Shown in pieces: positions 35,800-45,051 of a DNA stretch of 64,000 nucleotides (the first letter of the stretch is position 1; every line of letters starts with the position of its first letter). Origin of the DNA: a bacterium (GTDB lineage: Bacteria > Patescibacteriota > Minisyncoccia > Phycocordibacterales > Phycocordibacteraceae); NCBI GenBank assembly GCA_037200965.1, contig JBBCGK010000001.1:192001-256000 (forward strand), read 5' to 3'. The position numbers and the translations under genes are program-made. A model generated the notes under the pieces. The model worked only from the letters and a program-made list of their open reading frames with translations, had not been told where the DNA came from and searched no databases.

Positions 35800-37254
35800 T
35801 CACTCGGGCCTTTTGGTCAACAGCGTGCCTTCCGGCCCGTCATCCACACGATATCCCCTGTTTTCGAGTTCCGTCCGAAGCTCGTCCGCGCGTTCGAAAT
35901 CCTTCGCTTTGCGGGCCTCGTCCCGCCCGGAAAGGAGTTCCCGGACTTCCTCCGGAAGCTCCGCGGGCGGGAGATCCGCCGCCTCCGCCGCCCGAAGCCC
36001 GAGCAGGGCATCGGCATCCTTGAGGAGTCCCCATTTCTCCTCGGCGGAATAGTCGTCATCCCTGAGCGTCTCCCAGAGAATGCCGAGCGCCTGGGGAGTC
36101 GCAAGATCGTCGTACATCGCCGCGACGAAACGGTCGCGGGCTTCCGACTTTTCCGTCTTTCCTTTGGATTCTTCCGCTACCTCGCGCGCGATCCGCCCGA
36201 GGCGCCCGAGCGCTTCGGCGGCCCCGGCGAGCGCCTCCCAGGAGAAGGAGAGCTGGGTGCGATAGTGCGCCTGATGGAAAAAATACCGGAGCGCGAGCGG
36301 AGGATAGCCGCGTTCGGTTACGTCGGAGAGAAGGTAGGTGTTGCCGAGCGATTTCGAAATCTTTTCGCCCGCGATCATGAGGTGCGCGTTATGAAGCCAG
36401 TACCTGACGAACGTGCGGCCGCTCGCTCCTTCCGACTGCGCGATCTCGTTGTTGTGGTGCACGGGGATGTGCTCGATGCCGCCCGAGTGCACGTCGATCT
36501 CGATACCGAGGAGCGCCCGCGACATGGCGGAACATTCGATGCTCCACCCCGGATTTCCGCGGCCCCAGGGAGAATCCCATTGTTGCAGATCGCGCGCGGT
36601 CGCGCTTCGCCACAGCACGAAATCATGCGGGTTCTTTTTTCCGGCGACCGCCTTCACGCGCGCGCCCTCCCTGAGTTCCACGGCCATGATATTGCCGAGC
36701 GCGCCGTAGCGGGAGAATTTCTCCGTATCGAAATAGGCGCCGTCGGCAAGCCTATAGACGAGGCCTTTTTGTTCGAGCGTCTGGATCATCGCGATCTGCT
36801 CCTTTATGTATTCGGTCGCCCGCGGAAAGAAAATATGCCCGGTATCGACATTGAGCGCCCGGATATCCCCGAGATACCGCTTGGTATAGCGCTCGGCGAC
36901 TTCGGCGGGAGAAACCCTGTCTCGCCTGGCGCCCACGCTCATCTTGTCTTCGCCAAGATCGGCGTCGTCGACGAGGTGCCCGACATCCGTGATATTGATG
37001 ACGCGGCGGACATGATACCCGGCAAAAAGAAGCGTGCGGCCGATGGTGTCGGCGAACACGGCAGCCCGAAGGTTTCCGATATGCTGCGGGCCGTATACGG
37101 TAGGACCGCACGAATAGAGGCTTGCGGTGCCGGGCTTAAGCGGAACGAAGCGCTCTTTCTTTCCGGAAAGGGTGTTGGTGAAGAAGATATTCGCTTCCTG
37201 AGGAGAGCGCGTGTTCGTGTCTTTCGCGGGCGAGAAGAAGGAAAACCACGCCAT
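35800..37254 (-). CDS. cysS: Cysteinyl-tRNA synthetase
   Basis: 484 aa; CGPTVYGPQHIGNLR (HIGH) and KISKSLGN (KMSKS). Confidence 0.9.
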   Translation of the reverse strand: MAWFSFFSPAKDTNTRSPQEANIFFTNTLSGKKERFVPLKPGTASLYSCGPTVYGPQHIGNLRAAVFADTIGRTLLFAGYHVRRVINITDVGHLVDDADLGEDKMSVGARRDRVSPAEVAERYTKRYLGDIRALNVDTGHIFFPRATEYIKEQIAMIQTLEQKGLVYRLADGAYFDTEKFSRYGALGNIMAVELREGARVKAVAGKKNPHDFVLWRSATARDLQQWDSPWGRGNPGWSIECSAMSRALLGIEIDVHSGGIEHIPVHHNNEIAQSEGASGRTFVRYWLHNAHLMIAGEKISKSLGNTYLLSDVTERGYPPLALRYFFHQAHYRTQLSFSWEALAGAAEALGRLGRIAREVAEESKGKTEKSEARDRFVAAMYDDLATPQALGILWETLRDDDYSAEEKWGLLKDADALLGLRAAEAADLPPAELPEEVRELLSGRDEARKAKDFERADELRTELENRGYRVDDGPEGTLLTKRPE

Positions 37255-37258
37255 TTGT

Positions 37259-38272
37259 TTAGAGCCAGCGCTTGCGGACGACGAAGAGCGCGAGGAGGCC
37301 GGACAGGAGAAGCATGATGCCGATCACGATCCAGAAGTCGTACGGCTCGCCGATGATAGGTGTGTCGCGCATGTTCATCTGGAAGAGCGCCGCTACAAGG
37401 GTCAAAGGAAGCGTGATGAACGCCATGATGGTGAGCGTCTTCATGATTTCGTTCTGGGCGGCGGTGAGGAGAGCCATGTTGTTTTCCCGCAGTTCGGTCG
37501 CGGTTGCGCGATAGGTCGAGACGAGATGCGAAATACGCGCACGTTCGGCAAGAATACGCTTCTCGCGTACGCAAAAGCCGCTGCCGAAAAAGCCCGGGAG
37601 CGCGAGCGTCTCGAGGAATGTTTCGAGCGGCTGCTCTTCGCGGGTGAGAAGGTTCTCGAAGTGGAGGAATTCGCGTCCGACCTCCGCGATCGGGCGGACC
37701 ATGAGCGCTTCGTCGCCGCGCGCGATCTCACGCTCGATGCGCACCAGCGTTCCCGCCGCGCGCGCGACTTCGCTCCTGACCGATCCGTAGAGGCGGTAGA
37801 GGACAAGCTCGAGAAGCGCGTCCGCCTTGGCTTCGCCTCCGACTCCGAGAAGCTCTTCCGTCTCGAAATCCTTGTTTAGTTTATGGAGCGAATCGACCAC
37901 CTCATAGTGCGCGGTGATAAGGAAATCCCTGCCCACGATGATGTCGATCTCCTGGTCCTTAAGGCCCCCGCGGCTCCTTGGAGCAGGGAAGTGGAGCACC
38001 ACGAACGCGGCCTTCCCGAAGGCGGCGAACGCCGGATACGGGGTGGGCGAGGTTATCTCATTGCCGATCCGGGGGTCAAGATCGAACTCCCTGCGCACCG
38101 CCTCCGATTCTTCCTCGGTCGCGCCCTCAAGGTCGATCCACGTGACCCCGCCGCGCGTGTGCCGTGTCGTCATGGACAAAGTATAGCAGAGGGCCGGGCG
38201 GGTACGGTATACTGCAGGGAATGGAACCTGTGGAGGATGGGCTTGAGACGGAACCGCGCGCGCGGGCCGCAT
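37259..38272 (-). CDS. corA: CorA-like divalent cation transporter (GMN motif replaced by QMN)
   Basis: Two C-terminal TM helices with ...LFQMNMRD... at the CorA signature position. Cytoplasmic N-domain. Start may be the internal MTTRHTRG. Confidence 0.6.
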   Translation of the reverse strand: MRPARAVPSQAHPPQVPFPAVYRTRPALCYTLSMTTRHTRGGVTWIDLEGATEEESEAVRREFDLDPRIGNEITSPTPYPAFAAFGKAAFVVLHFPAPRSRGGLKDQEIDIIVGRDFLITAHYEVVDSLHKLNKDFETEELLGVGGEAKADALLELVLYRLYGSVRSEVARAAGTLVRIEREIARGDEALMVRPIAEVGREFLHFENLLTREEQPLETFLETLALPGFFGSGFCVREKRILAERARISHLVSTYRATATELRENNMALLTAAQNEIMKTLTIMAFITLPLTLVAALFQMNMRDTPIIGEPYDFWIVIGIMLLLSGLLALFVVRKRWL

Positions 38273-39498
38273 ACGGCGTGAGCCGCTTCGCGATAGTCGT
38301 CGCGCTCGTGGCGTTCGTGTCTTTTGGCGCCGGTATCGCGGTTGCCGGAACGAACGGCACGACGGTCAGCGTTCTCGCGAAACTCCCCTTTACCGGCGAC
38401 AACCTCGACGCCACGCCCGATCCGGATATCAACCTCACCGATTTCTGGAAGGTCTATAACACGCTCCGCGCGGAGTTCGTGCAGACGCACGCTTCGACCA
38501 CCCTTCCTACCGAAAAGGAAATCGTGTGGGGCGCGATCAAAGGCCTCACCGATTCCTACGGCGACCCGTACACCACGTTCTTCCCGCCCGAGGAAGCGAA
38601 ACTCTTTACGGACAGCATATCCGGAAGCTTCGAGGGAGTCGGCATGGAAATCGATGTCAAAGACGATGTGCTTACGGTCATCGCGCCGCTTAAGGATTCT
38701 CCCGCGCAAAAGGCAGGGGTGCTCGCAGGCGACCAGGTCGTTGCCATAGACGGAAAATCGACCGAAGGCCTTTCGACCGATGCGGCCGTGAAGCTCATCC
38801 GCGGCAAGAAAGGCACTGTCGTGACATTCTCCATCATGCGGGAAGGCAAGCCGCTTGAGATCAAGGTGACACGCGACACGATAGAAGTTCCGGAGAGCGA
38901 TACTTCGTTCGATCCGAAAACCGGCGTCTACAAGATCGCGCTCTATGAGTTCACGGCCAACTCGGACGATCTCTTTGACCGCGCATTCGCGGACTTCAAG
39001 AAGTCCGGCTCGAAGAAACTCATCATCGACCTTCGCGGGAATCCCGGAGGATACCTCGACGCGGCGGTCGATATCGCAAGCCACTTCCTTCCGAAAGGGA
39101 CGACGGTCGTAACCGAGGACCACGAAGGCAAGGGGGTGAACAATGTGCACGTGAGCATGGGCTTCAACGACCTGCCAAAAGGCACCAAAGTCGTCGTCCT
39201 TATCGACCAGGGATCCGCATCCGCATCCGAAATACTCGCGGGCGCGCTTCAGGACAATCACGTCGCGACGCTTATCGGCACGCGCTCGTTCGGCAAGGGC
39301 TCGGTGCAGCAGCTTGTGAAGGTCGGCGGAGGGTCCCTTAAGATCACCATCGCACGCTGGCTTACGCCTTCGGGCCGCTCCATTTCCGACGGGGGCCTTA
39401 CGGGCGATATCAAGGTGGACCGGACACAGGCGGACGCCGCGGCGGGGAAAGACCCGCAGATGGAGAGGGCGGTGGAGTTTTTGAGGACGGGGAAATAG
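38164..39498 (+). CDS. ctpA: Carboxyl-terminal processing protease (S41) with PDZ domain
   Basis: PDZ region, S41 IIDLRGNPGGYLD, catalytic GKGSVQQ. True start probably the internal Met near 38221. Confidence 0.8.
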   Translation: MSSWTKYSRGPGGYGILQGMEPVEDGLETEPRARAAYGVSRFAIVVALVAFVSFGAGIAVAGTNGTTVSVLAKLPFTGDNLDATPDPDINLTDFWKVYNTLRAEFVQTHASTTLPTEKEIVWGAIKGLTDSYGDPYTTFFPPEEAKLFTDSISGSFEGVGMEIDVKDDVLTVIAPLKDSPAQKAGVLAGDQVVAIDGKSTEGLSTDAAVKLIRGKKGTVVTFSIMREGKPLEIKVTRDTIEVPESDTSFDPKTGVYKIALYEFTANSDDLFDRAFADFKKSGSKKLIIDLRGNPGGYLDAAVDIASHFLPKGTTVVTEDHEGKGVNNVHVSMGFNDLPKGTKVVVLIDQGSASASEILAGALQDNHVATLIGTRSFGKGSVQQLVKVGGGSLKITIARWLTPSGRSISDGGLTGDIKVDRTQADAAAGKDPQMERAVEFLRTGK

Positions 39499-39550
39499 GA
39501 AGAAGCCGCCCGTTTTCTGCGGGCGGCTTTTCGGTAAGGGAGGTGGGGTG

Positions 39551-40171
39551 CTACGAAGAACTGGAAAGAATAGTGCTGACGGCTCGCACGTCCGGATCCT
39601 GGGCCCGATACTTCTTATAGAAGTGACTGAGAGCCGCTGTACGCAACCTGTCGAGTCCCCACAGCAATACGCCGAAAAGAACGAGGGCCCCTACCAGCGT
39701 CATCAACCCGCCGGTCTCGGCGATAGCCAGCCGGATGAGGCCGTCAATCGCTTCGCGGCTCGGAGCCCAGACGGCCGGAACCACGTACAAGGCGATGAAC
39801 GCGGAGATTACGATTCCCGCCGCGGGGGCTTGAGCTCGCTTCTGGAGTTCCTTTTCCCGTGCCGCAAGCGCTTCTTCCGCGAAACTCCTGACCGCCAACG
39901 CCCATTCGTGTTCTTCGAGCGCGCGGCGACTCCTCCGGTTGAAGATTCCGACAAGCCGCGCGATGGGATCATTGCCATGAGCGATCACAAAAACAAGCGG
40001 CCAATCCGTCCCCTTTTGGGCAGACGACCGAACGCTGTCCGTCACGTAGCCCATGGCGTCAGCTTTCCGCATCGCGTCACGGACTTTCGGCGGCGCATTT
40101 CGAAGATAGAGTGTCGCATCGAGACCGTAGGCCTCGAAGAGACGAGCTTCTTGATTTGACAACGGGCGCAT
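39551..40171 (-). CDS. Hypothetical protein with C-terminal TM segments
   Basis: 206-aa ORF. No recognised family. Confidence 0.45.
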   Translation of the reverse strand: MRPLSNQEARLFEAYGLDATLYLRNAPPKVRDAMRKADAMGYVTDSVRSSAQKGTDWPLVFVIAHGNDPIARLVGIFNRRSRRALEEHEWALAVRSFAEEALAAREKELQKRAQAPAAGIVISAFIALYVVPAVWAPSREAIDGLIRLAIAETGGLMTLVGALVLFGVLLWGLDRLRTAALSHFYKKYRAQDPDVRAVSTILSSSS

Positions 40172-40279
40172 GAGGGTTCCTTCCTGTTAAGCCGCGTCTG
40201 TGCGGGTTATACCATATCTTCCGTCCCGGCACCAAGCCGGGTTGCGCTTTGCGCTTCTGGCGGGTAGGATGGTCGCACA

Positions 40280-40723
40280 ATGAAAGTCATATTGCTTAAG
40301 GACGTGCGGAAGATGGGCAGGGCGCACGAGACGATCGAGGTGTCCGACGGGCACGCGATCAATTTCCTCATCCCGCAGAAGCTCGCGGTTGCGGCGACGC
40401 CGGACGCGGCTCGCAGAGCCGAAGGATACAAGGCGAAGGGAGCGGTCGCCAAGGAAGTGCAGACGCACCTTCTCGAGCAGAATCTCGCGACCCTGGCCGA
40501 GGCCCGCATTGTGCTCAAGATGAAAGCCAACGAGCAAGGACACCTCTATAACGCCGTCGGCGAAGACGAGATTCTCGCCGCCGTCAAAGAGCAAGCGAAC
40601 GTCGAGCTCCCCGAAGACGTTATCCGCCTTGAGAAACCCATCAAGGAGCTTGGCACCTACGACATCCCGGTCTCTGCCGGAAAGGATTTCGGGCGTTTCA
40701 ATATTGTGGTTGAGGCGGAGTAA
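40280..40723 (+). CDS. rplI: Ribosomal protein L9
   Basis: MKVILLKDVRKMGRAHETIEVSDGHAINFLIP... Confidence 0.9.
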   Translation: MKVILLKDVRKMGRAHETIEVSDGHAINFLIPQKLAVAATPDAARRAEGYKAKGAVAKEVQTHLLEQNLATLAEARIVLKMKANEQGHLYNAVGEDEILAAVKEQANVELPEDVIRLEKPIKELGTYDIPVSAGKDFGRFNIVVEAE

Positions 40724-40791
40724 ACAAAATCTGACTGTTTCAAAATCCGGCTTCCAGAGCCGGATTTCCGCGCTATGGTATACTGCACCGC

Positions 40792-41037
40792 ATGATAAAA
40801 AGCGGTACGAAAAAGAACATTTCTTTTCTTGCGGTGGAGTTCGACCGCGAAGAAGACGGCCGCTGGATCGCGGAAATTCCCAAGCTCCGGGGAGTTATGG
40901 CATATGGCGTGACACGACGGGACGCGCTCCAGAAAGTGTATGCGGTCGCGCTACGCACGCTTGCGGACGGCGTGGAGCAAGGAGCTCTCTTCACTCCGGT
41001 ATCCCGGCTCTTCGGGCATGGAGTGGCGCGCCGTTAA
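40792..41037 (+). CDS. hicB: HicB-like antitoxin (UPF0150)
   Basis: 81 aa; FLAVEFDREEDGRWIAEIPKLRGVMAYGVTRRDALQKV fits the HicB RNaseH-fold N-domain. Confidence 0.6.
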   Translation: MIKSGTKKNISFLAVEFDREEDGRWIAEIPKLRGVMAYGVTRRDALQKVYAVALRTLADGVEQGALFTPVSRLFGHGVARR

Positions 41038-41227
41038 AGCGGGACGGGTACTTCGGGCGCTTGGCGCGGGCGGGTGGCGTATAAAGCGCCAGCGGGGATC
41101 GCACAGAATACTCGCGAAACCGGGCCATGCCGACGTTACGTTCGCGTTCCATGACCGCGAAGAAATCGGCCCGAAAATGCTTGCGAAAATCGCCAAATAC
41201 ACCGGCCTTGCGCCTGATGATTTGTAG
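41018..41227 (+). CDS. hicA: HicA-like mRNA interferase toxin
   Basis: 69 aa; VLRALGAGGWRIKRQRGSHRILAKPGH fits HicA/YcfA. Overlaps hicB by 20 nt. Confidence 0.6.
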   Translation: MEWRAVKAGRVLRALGAGGWRIKRQRGSHRILAKPGHADVTFAFHDREEIGPKMLAKIAKYTGLAPDDL

Positions 41228-41320
41228 AGAAAATTTGACGAAGCCGCTTGCGTAGTTTACCTTCAAGCCAGTCGTTCCTGCGCGAAGCGTTTGCGCAGGC
41301 CAAGACAAAAGGAGACTACG

Positions 41321-41674
41321 ATGCCGCAGGTAAAGTCCTATGCGGGACGCAACATCCGGCTCACGCCGGAACAGCTCCGGAAACTCGAAGAGGTCTATGC
41401 TCACGGCAAGGGGGGTCTCGGAGATTCATTGTCGACTGCCGAAATCGCCGCGCTCTACGAGAGCACGCGCCTGAGTCCTTCACACCACGAATGGCGCATA
41501 TGCATACAGACAAAGGTCGTCGAGTTTGACGGAAGGGACTATATGGAATTCGCCATGATCGCCCGTGAATATAGCGAGGAGAAGAGTTTATGGCTTCTTA
41601 TCTATCAGTTCTCGGGCGCGCCCGAAGATCGGGGGTTCATCGACATCGAGAGCGAAGTTCTCGCGGCCGTGTAA
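41321..41674 (+). CDS. Hypothetical protein
   Basis: Start at MPQVKSY with AAAGGAG RBS. 117 aa. Confidence 0.45.
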   Translation: MPQVKSYAGRNIRLTPEQLRKLEEVYAHGKGGLGDSLSTAEIAALYESTRLSPSHHEWRICIQTKVVEFDGRDYMEFAMIAREYSEEKSLWLLIYQFSGAPEDRGFIDIESEVLAAV

Positions 41675-41691
41675 GCGAACACCGCAAAACG

Positions 41692-41722
41692 AAAAGGCCC
41701 GGAGCGATCCGGGCCTTTTGTC
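41692..41722. terminator. Bidirectional rho-independent terminator
   Basis: GGCCCGGA-gcga-TCCGGGCC flanked by AAAA and TTTTG. Lies between convergent genes. Confidence 0.6.
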
Positions 41723-41727
41723 TTTGT

Positions 41728-42000
41728 CTAGAGCACCGAAACGACTTTCTTGCGGATGATGCTGCCGTCAAAGCGCTTCTTGCGGCGTTCGGTGAAGGCG
41801 ACGGTACCGGTCGCCATCGAGAAGAGGGTATGATCCTTGCCGACGCGCACGTTCTGTCCCGCCTCGATCTTGGTGCCGCGCTGGCGGACGATGACCATGC
41901 CCGGACGCGCCTTGGAGCCGGCCGTAAGCTTGACGCCGAGGTATTTCGGATTCGAGTCGCGCAGGTTTTTTGTCGAGCCTCCGGCTTTTGTTGATGCCAT
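41728..42000 (-). CDS. rpmA: Ribosomal protein L27
   Basis: [24 protein letters not shown].... About 10.7 kb from rplU and on the opposite strand. Confidence 0.9.
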   Translation of the reverse strand: MASTKAGGSTKNLRDSNPKYLGVKLTAGSKARPGMVIVRQRGTKIEAGQNVRVGKDHTLFSMATGTVAFTERRKKRFDGSIIRKKVVSVL

Positions 42001-42019
42001 GGTGGTATAGTTTTACCCG

Positions 42020-42439
42020 ATGAATATAGCAGAATGGGGGCAAAGGGGCAAGGAAATGCTTGATCGGGGGCTCGGGCTCCTCGACCAGGTCCCGCGGGAT
42101 GTGCTCGTGGTAGCGATCGTCGTTCTTTCGGCTTCCGCGGCTTTCGGCCTTGGCTATCTCACGGGGAAAGACGCGGGGCGGGGAAGCGGTATATCCGTAA
42201 CCCAGATGCCGCTCACGGATTCGCTTCCGGCCGCAGCAGGGGCGACGAGCGAGGTATCGCCGCCTGCCCTACTGCCTGCGGGAGGGCAGTATGTGGCTTC
42301 GAAAACCGGCACCCGGTACTACCTGCCCTGGTGCGGGGGAGCGAGGACGATCAAAGACGAAAATAAGATATGGTTCGACTCGAAAGCGCAGGCCGAAGCA
42401 GCCGGCTATGCTCCTGCCGCAAACTGCAAGGGGATTTGA
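42020..42439 (+). CDS. Membrane-anchored protein with a C-terminal Ada-like Zn-binding domain
   Basis: N-terminal TM. C-terminal YYLPWCGGARTIKDENKIWFDSKAQAEAAGYAPAANCKG fits the Ada metal-binding domain pattern. Confidence 0.5.
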   Translation: MNIAEWGQRGKEMLDRGLGLLDQVPRDVLVVAIVVLSASAAFGLGYLTGKDAGRGSGISVTQMPLTDSLPAAAGATSEVSPPALLPAGGQYVASKTGTRYYLPWCGGARTIKDENKIWFDSKAQAEAAGYAPAANCKGI

Positions 42440-42440
42440 T

Positions 42441-42845
42441 ATGAAAGCCTACGCCGGGTTTAAATTCAAGGAGGATTATAGCGATCGGGCATTCATAGAA
42501 AGCATCTGCCGCGCTATTGAAAGTGCGGGAATCAAGACGGTCGTGATGGTCAGGGACTACGAGGGATGGGGGCAGACACGTATCGCTCCCGGGGACATGA
42601 TGCCGATCGCGTTTCGCGCTATCGATGACTGCGACATTGTTATTATCGAGTTTTCGGAAAAAGGTACCGGTCTTGGCATCGAAGCAGGGTACGCCTATGC
42701 GAAAGGGAAGCCGGTGCTGGTCATCGCCCGGGAAGGCGCGGAGATATCGGAAACCCTGGAAGGCATCGCATCACGCGTCATGTTCTATCGGAAACCCGAA
42801 GACATACAACGATCCTTGGAAGACTCTGGTATCATGGACGCATGA
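42441..42845 (+). CDS. Nucleoside 2-deoxyribosyltransferase-like protein
   Basis: DCDIVIIEFSEKGTGLGIEAGYAYAKGKPVLVI fits the deoxyribosyltransferase-like fold. Start at 42441, after the upstream stop. Confidence 0.5.
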   Translation: MKAYAGFKFKEDYSDRAFIESICRAIESAGIKTVVMVRDYEGWGQTRIAPGDMMPIAFRAIDDCDIVIIEFSEKGTGLGIEAGYAYAKGKPVLVIAREGAEISETLEGIASRVMFYRKPEDIQRSLEDSGIMDA

Positions 42846-43441
42846 TCGCCGTGGACGCCGAAATGAGCGGGCTTGATTTCGAGAAGCATTCGATACTCTC
42901 GATCGGCGCGCTCGATCTCGATGAGCCGGAGAACCGTTTTTACGGGGAATGCCGTGCGTGGGACGGCGCGCATATCGAGACGGATGCGCTCGTCGTAAAC
43001 GGCTTTACGGTTACCGAGGCCACGGATCCCAGAAAGCAGGGGGAGGGCGAACTTGTGCAGAGCTTCATAGCATGGTCGCTCTCGATCGCCGAACGGACGC
43101 TTGGCGGACAGAATTGCGCTTTCGACCGCATGTTCATCGAGGCCGCGTGCAGGCGCAGCGGCATCGAGTGTCCGTTCGCGCACCGCGTCATCGATGCCCA
43201 TAGCCTGACCTGGCTGCATATGCTGAAGCGGGGGCTTACGCCGCCCATCGACGAGAAGCATCGCCATTCGGCTATCAACCTTACGTTCGCTCTTTCGTAT
43301 TGCGGCGTTCCGGAAGAACCGAAACCACACAACGCGCTTACCGGAGCACTCTGCCATGCGGAAGTGATATCCCGTATCGCGTATACTAGGAAACTGCTGC
43401 CGGAATTCGCGCAGTACGACATACCATGGCTCACGAACTGA
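42842..43441 (+). CDS. DEDDh-family 3'-5' exonuclease
   Basis: Exo I motif AVDAEMSGLD. C-terminal H-x4-D region HNALTGALCHAEV. Confidence 0.65.
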   Translation: MIAVDAEMSGLDFEKHSILSIGALDLDEPENRFYGECRAWDGAHIETDALVVNGFTVTEATDPRKQGEGELVQSFIAWSLSIAERTLGGQNCAFDRMFIEAACRRSGIECPFAHRVIDAHSLTWLHMLKRGLTPPIDEKHRHSAINLTFALSYCGVPEEPKPHNALTGALCHAEVISRIAYTRKLLPEFAQYDIPWLTN

Positions 43442-44175
43442 ACCCTCCCGCCTCCGGCGGCCAAGCGCACCCCCTGCTTACGCGCCTCATGACCGAGGGG
43501 CATGCGACGATGCCGCACAAGGACGACCGGCCTCCGCTCGTCTGCAAGCCCGCGCGCATCGAGCCGTGGCGTATCTTCCGGATTATGTCCGAGTTCGTCG
43601 AAGGATTCGAGATATTGAAGCGCTACGGGCTCGCCGCGAGCATCTTCGGGACCGCGCGCGCGAGCTTCGAGCATCCGGTCTATCAGGAAGCGGAAGAACT
43701 TGCGGCGAAGCTCGCGAAGCGCGGTTTCGCCATTATCACGGGCGGGAGCAAGGGCGTGATGGAGGCAGGTAATAAGGGTGCATTCCAGGCGGGAGGCGCT
43801 TCCGTAGGGCTCAACATCCACTTGCCGGAAGGCCAAGGCGACAACGCCTATCTTACCGAAAAGTTCGAATTCGAACATTTCTTCGTGCGCAAGGTGATGC
43901 TCACGTTCGCGTCCGAGGTCTATATTTATTTCCCCGGAGGTTTCGGCACCTGGAACGAATTTTTCGAGATCGTGACGCTTATACAGACCAAGAAGATCAG
44001 GCGCATCCCCGTCGTGCTGGTCGGCAAAGCATATTGGACTCCGCTTACGGAGCTTATCCGCGCGCACCTTTACAAGGAGCACAAGGCGATAGACGAGAAG
44101 GACATGGATATTTACAAAGTGGTGGACTCGGTCGACGAGGCGTACGACTATATCGTGAACCACGTCACCTGCTAG
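43426..44175 (+). CDS. LOG-family protein (lysine decarboxylase-like / cytokinin riboside 5'-monophosphate phosphoribohydrolase family)
   Basis: ITGGSKGVMEAGNKGA and YIYFPGGFGTWNEF motifs. Confidence 0.8.
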   Translation: MAHELNPPASGGQAHPLLTRLMTEGHATMPHKDDRPPLVCKPARIEPWRIFRIMSEFVEGFEILKRYGLAASIFGTARASFEHPVYQEAEELAAKLAKRGFAIITGGSKGVMEAGNKGAFQAGGASVGLNIHLPEGQGDNAYLTEKFEFEHFFVRKVMLTFASEVYIYFPGGFGTWNEFFEIVTLIQTKKIRRIPVVLVGKAYWTPLTELIRAHLYKEHKAIDEKDMDIYKVVDSVDEAYDYIVNHVTC

Positions 44176-44176
44176 T

Positions 44177-44329
44177 ATGTCTCTCGACTACAGCCAGAAG
44201 CGCCTGGTCTCCGCCCCGTTTCGCCGGAAAGGGAAGGGGAGCCAGCGCCTTCGCCTCTACGCCTTCCTTACGGGCCTTCTGAGCACTCTGGTTTCGCTTG
44301 CGACCGTCATAGTTACGCTTGAAAAATAG
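44177..44329 (+). CDS. Small (50 aa) single-TM protein, paralogue 1
   Basis: MSLDYSQKRLVSAPFRRKGKGSQRLRLYAFLTGLLSTLVSLATVIVTLEK. Below the ORF-track size cutoff. Confidence 0.4.
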   Translation: MSLDYSQKRLVSAPFRRKGKGSQRLRLYAFLTGLLSTLVSLATVIVTLEK

Positions 44330-44382
44330 CGAACTGTGGACAAACAGACCTTGGGGCTCTGCGCACGCTATTCTTATAAGAT

Positions 44383-44517
44383 ATGAGCACCAAACACGGA
44401 CACCGCAAGCATTTTTCGTTCATGCGGAATCTCGAGGTCTATGCGTTCTGGACGGGCTTCGCGAGTACGCTCATAAGCCTCGTGCAGGTCGTTATTATCG
44501 CGAGCAACAAGGGATAG
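44383..44517 (+). CDS. Small (44 aa) single-TM protein, paralogue 2
   Basis: MSTKHGHRKHFSFMRNLEVYAFWTGFASTLISLVQVVIIASNKG. Shares the YAF(L/W)TG..STL(V/I)SL core with paralogue 1. Confidence 0.4.
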   Translation: MSTKHGHRKHFSFMRNLEVYAFWTGFASTLISLVQVVIIASNKG

Positions 44518-44524
44518 GCCCGTA

Positions 44525-44716
44525 TTGACAAATATCAATAGGTGCTCTAAGGTTCTATCCAGCCCTGTCCCTTGCTTCTTTAATCTCAGGGCCAAAAGAG
44601 GAGTATGTGCCGGCACAGCAATTGAATACGGCCTCATCGCAGCGGGGATCGCAGTTGCGATCATCGCCGCGGTTCACCTCATCGGACAAGGGTGCCATGC
44701 TTGGGGCTGGTGCTAA
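44525..44716 (+). CDS. flp: Flp/Fap-family (type IVb, Tad) prepilin
   Basis: GTAIEYGLIAAGIAVAIIAAV is the Flp processing-site and hydrophobic motif. Track start is TTG. A strong RBS-ATG pair lies in the +1 frame, so the start is uncertain. Confidence 0.55.
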   Translation: MTNINRCSKVLSSPVPCFFNLRAKRGVCAGTAIEYGLIAAGIAVAIIAAVHLIGQGCHAWGWC

Positions 44717-44800
44717 CGTTCCGGGTTGAAGAACTCGCAAGGCCATCCCGCCCCCGTCGCTTCACAGCCTCGGGGGCACGCCTTTTGATACGTAGTACAA

Positions 44801-45048
44801 TGGGGAACATGGACTTCAACAAAATGCTCAAGTTGTTTTGCGAGAGCGTGAGCATCGGGTTTGCTAAGCATGGTTTCTATTTCGGCTTCGCCTCAGGCGC
44901 GAACCAGTCGGCATTTGCCGTACCTCCCGAGGTCGCCAAAGGACTGGTCGAAGGACTTGCGCAGAAGGTCGCTGAATACGAAAAAGCCTTCGGCCCCATC
45001 GACACCTCACACAACCAGGTCGGCATCCAGAGCCCGCTCGGGAGATAA
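44801..45048 (+). CDS. Hypothetical protein
   Basis: Internal start MGNMDFNKMLKLF... of ORF 44692..45048. Confidence 0.4.
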
Positions 45049-45051
45049 TTT

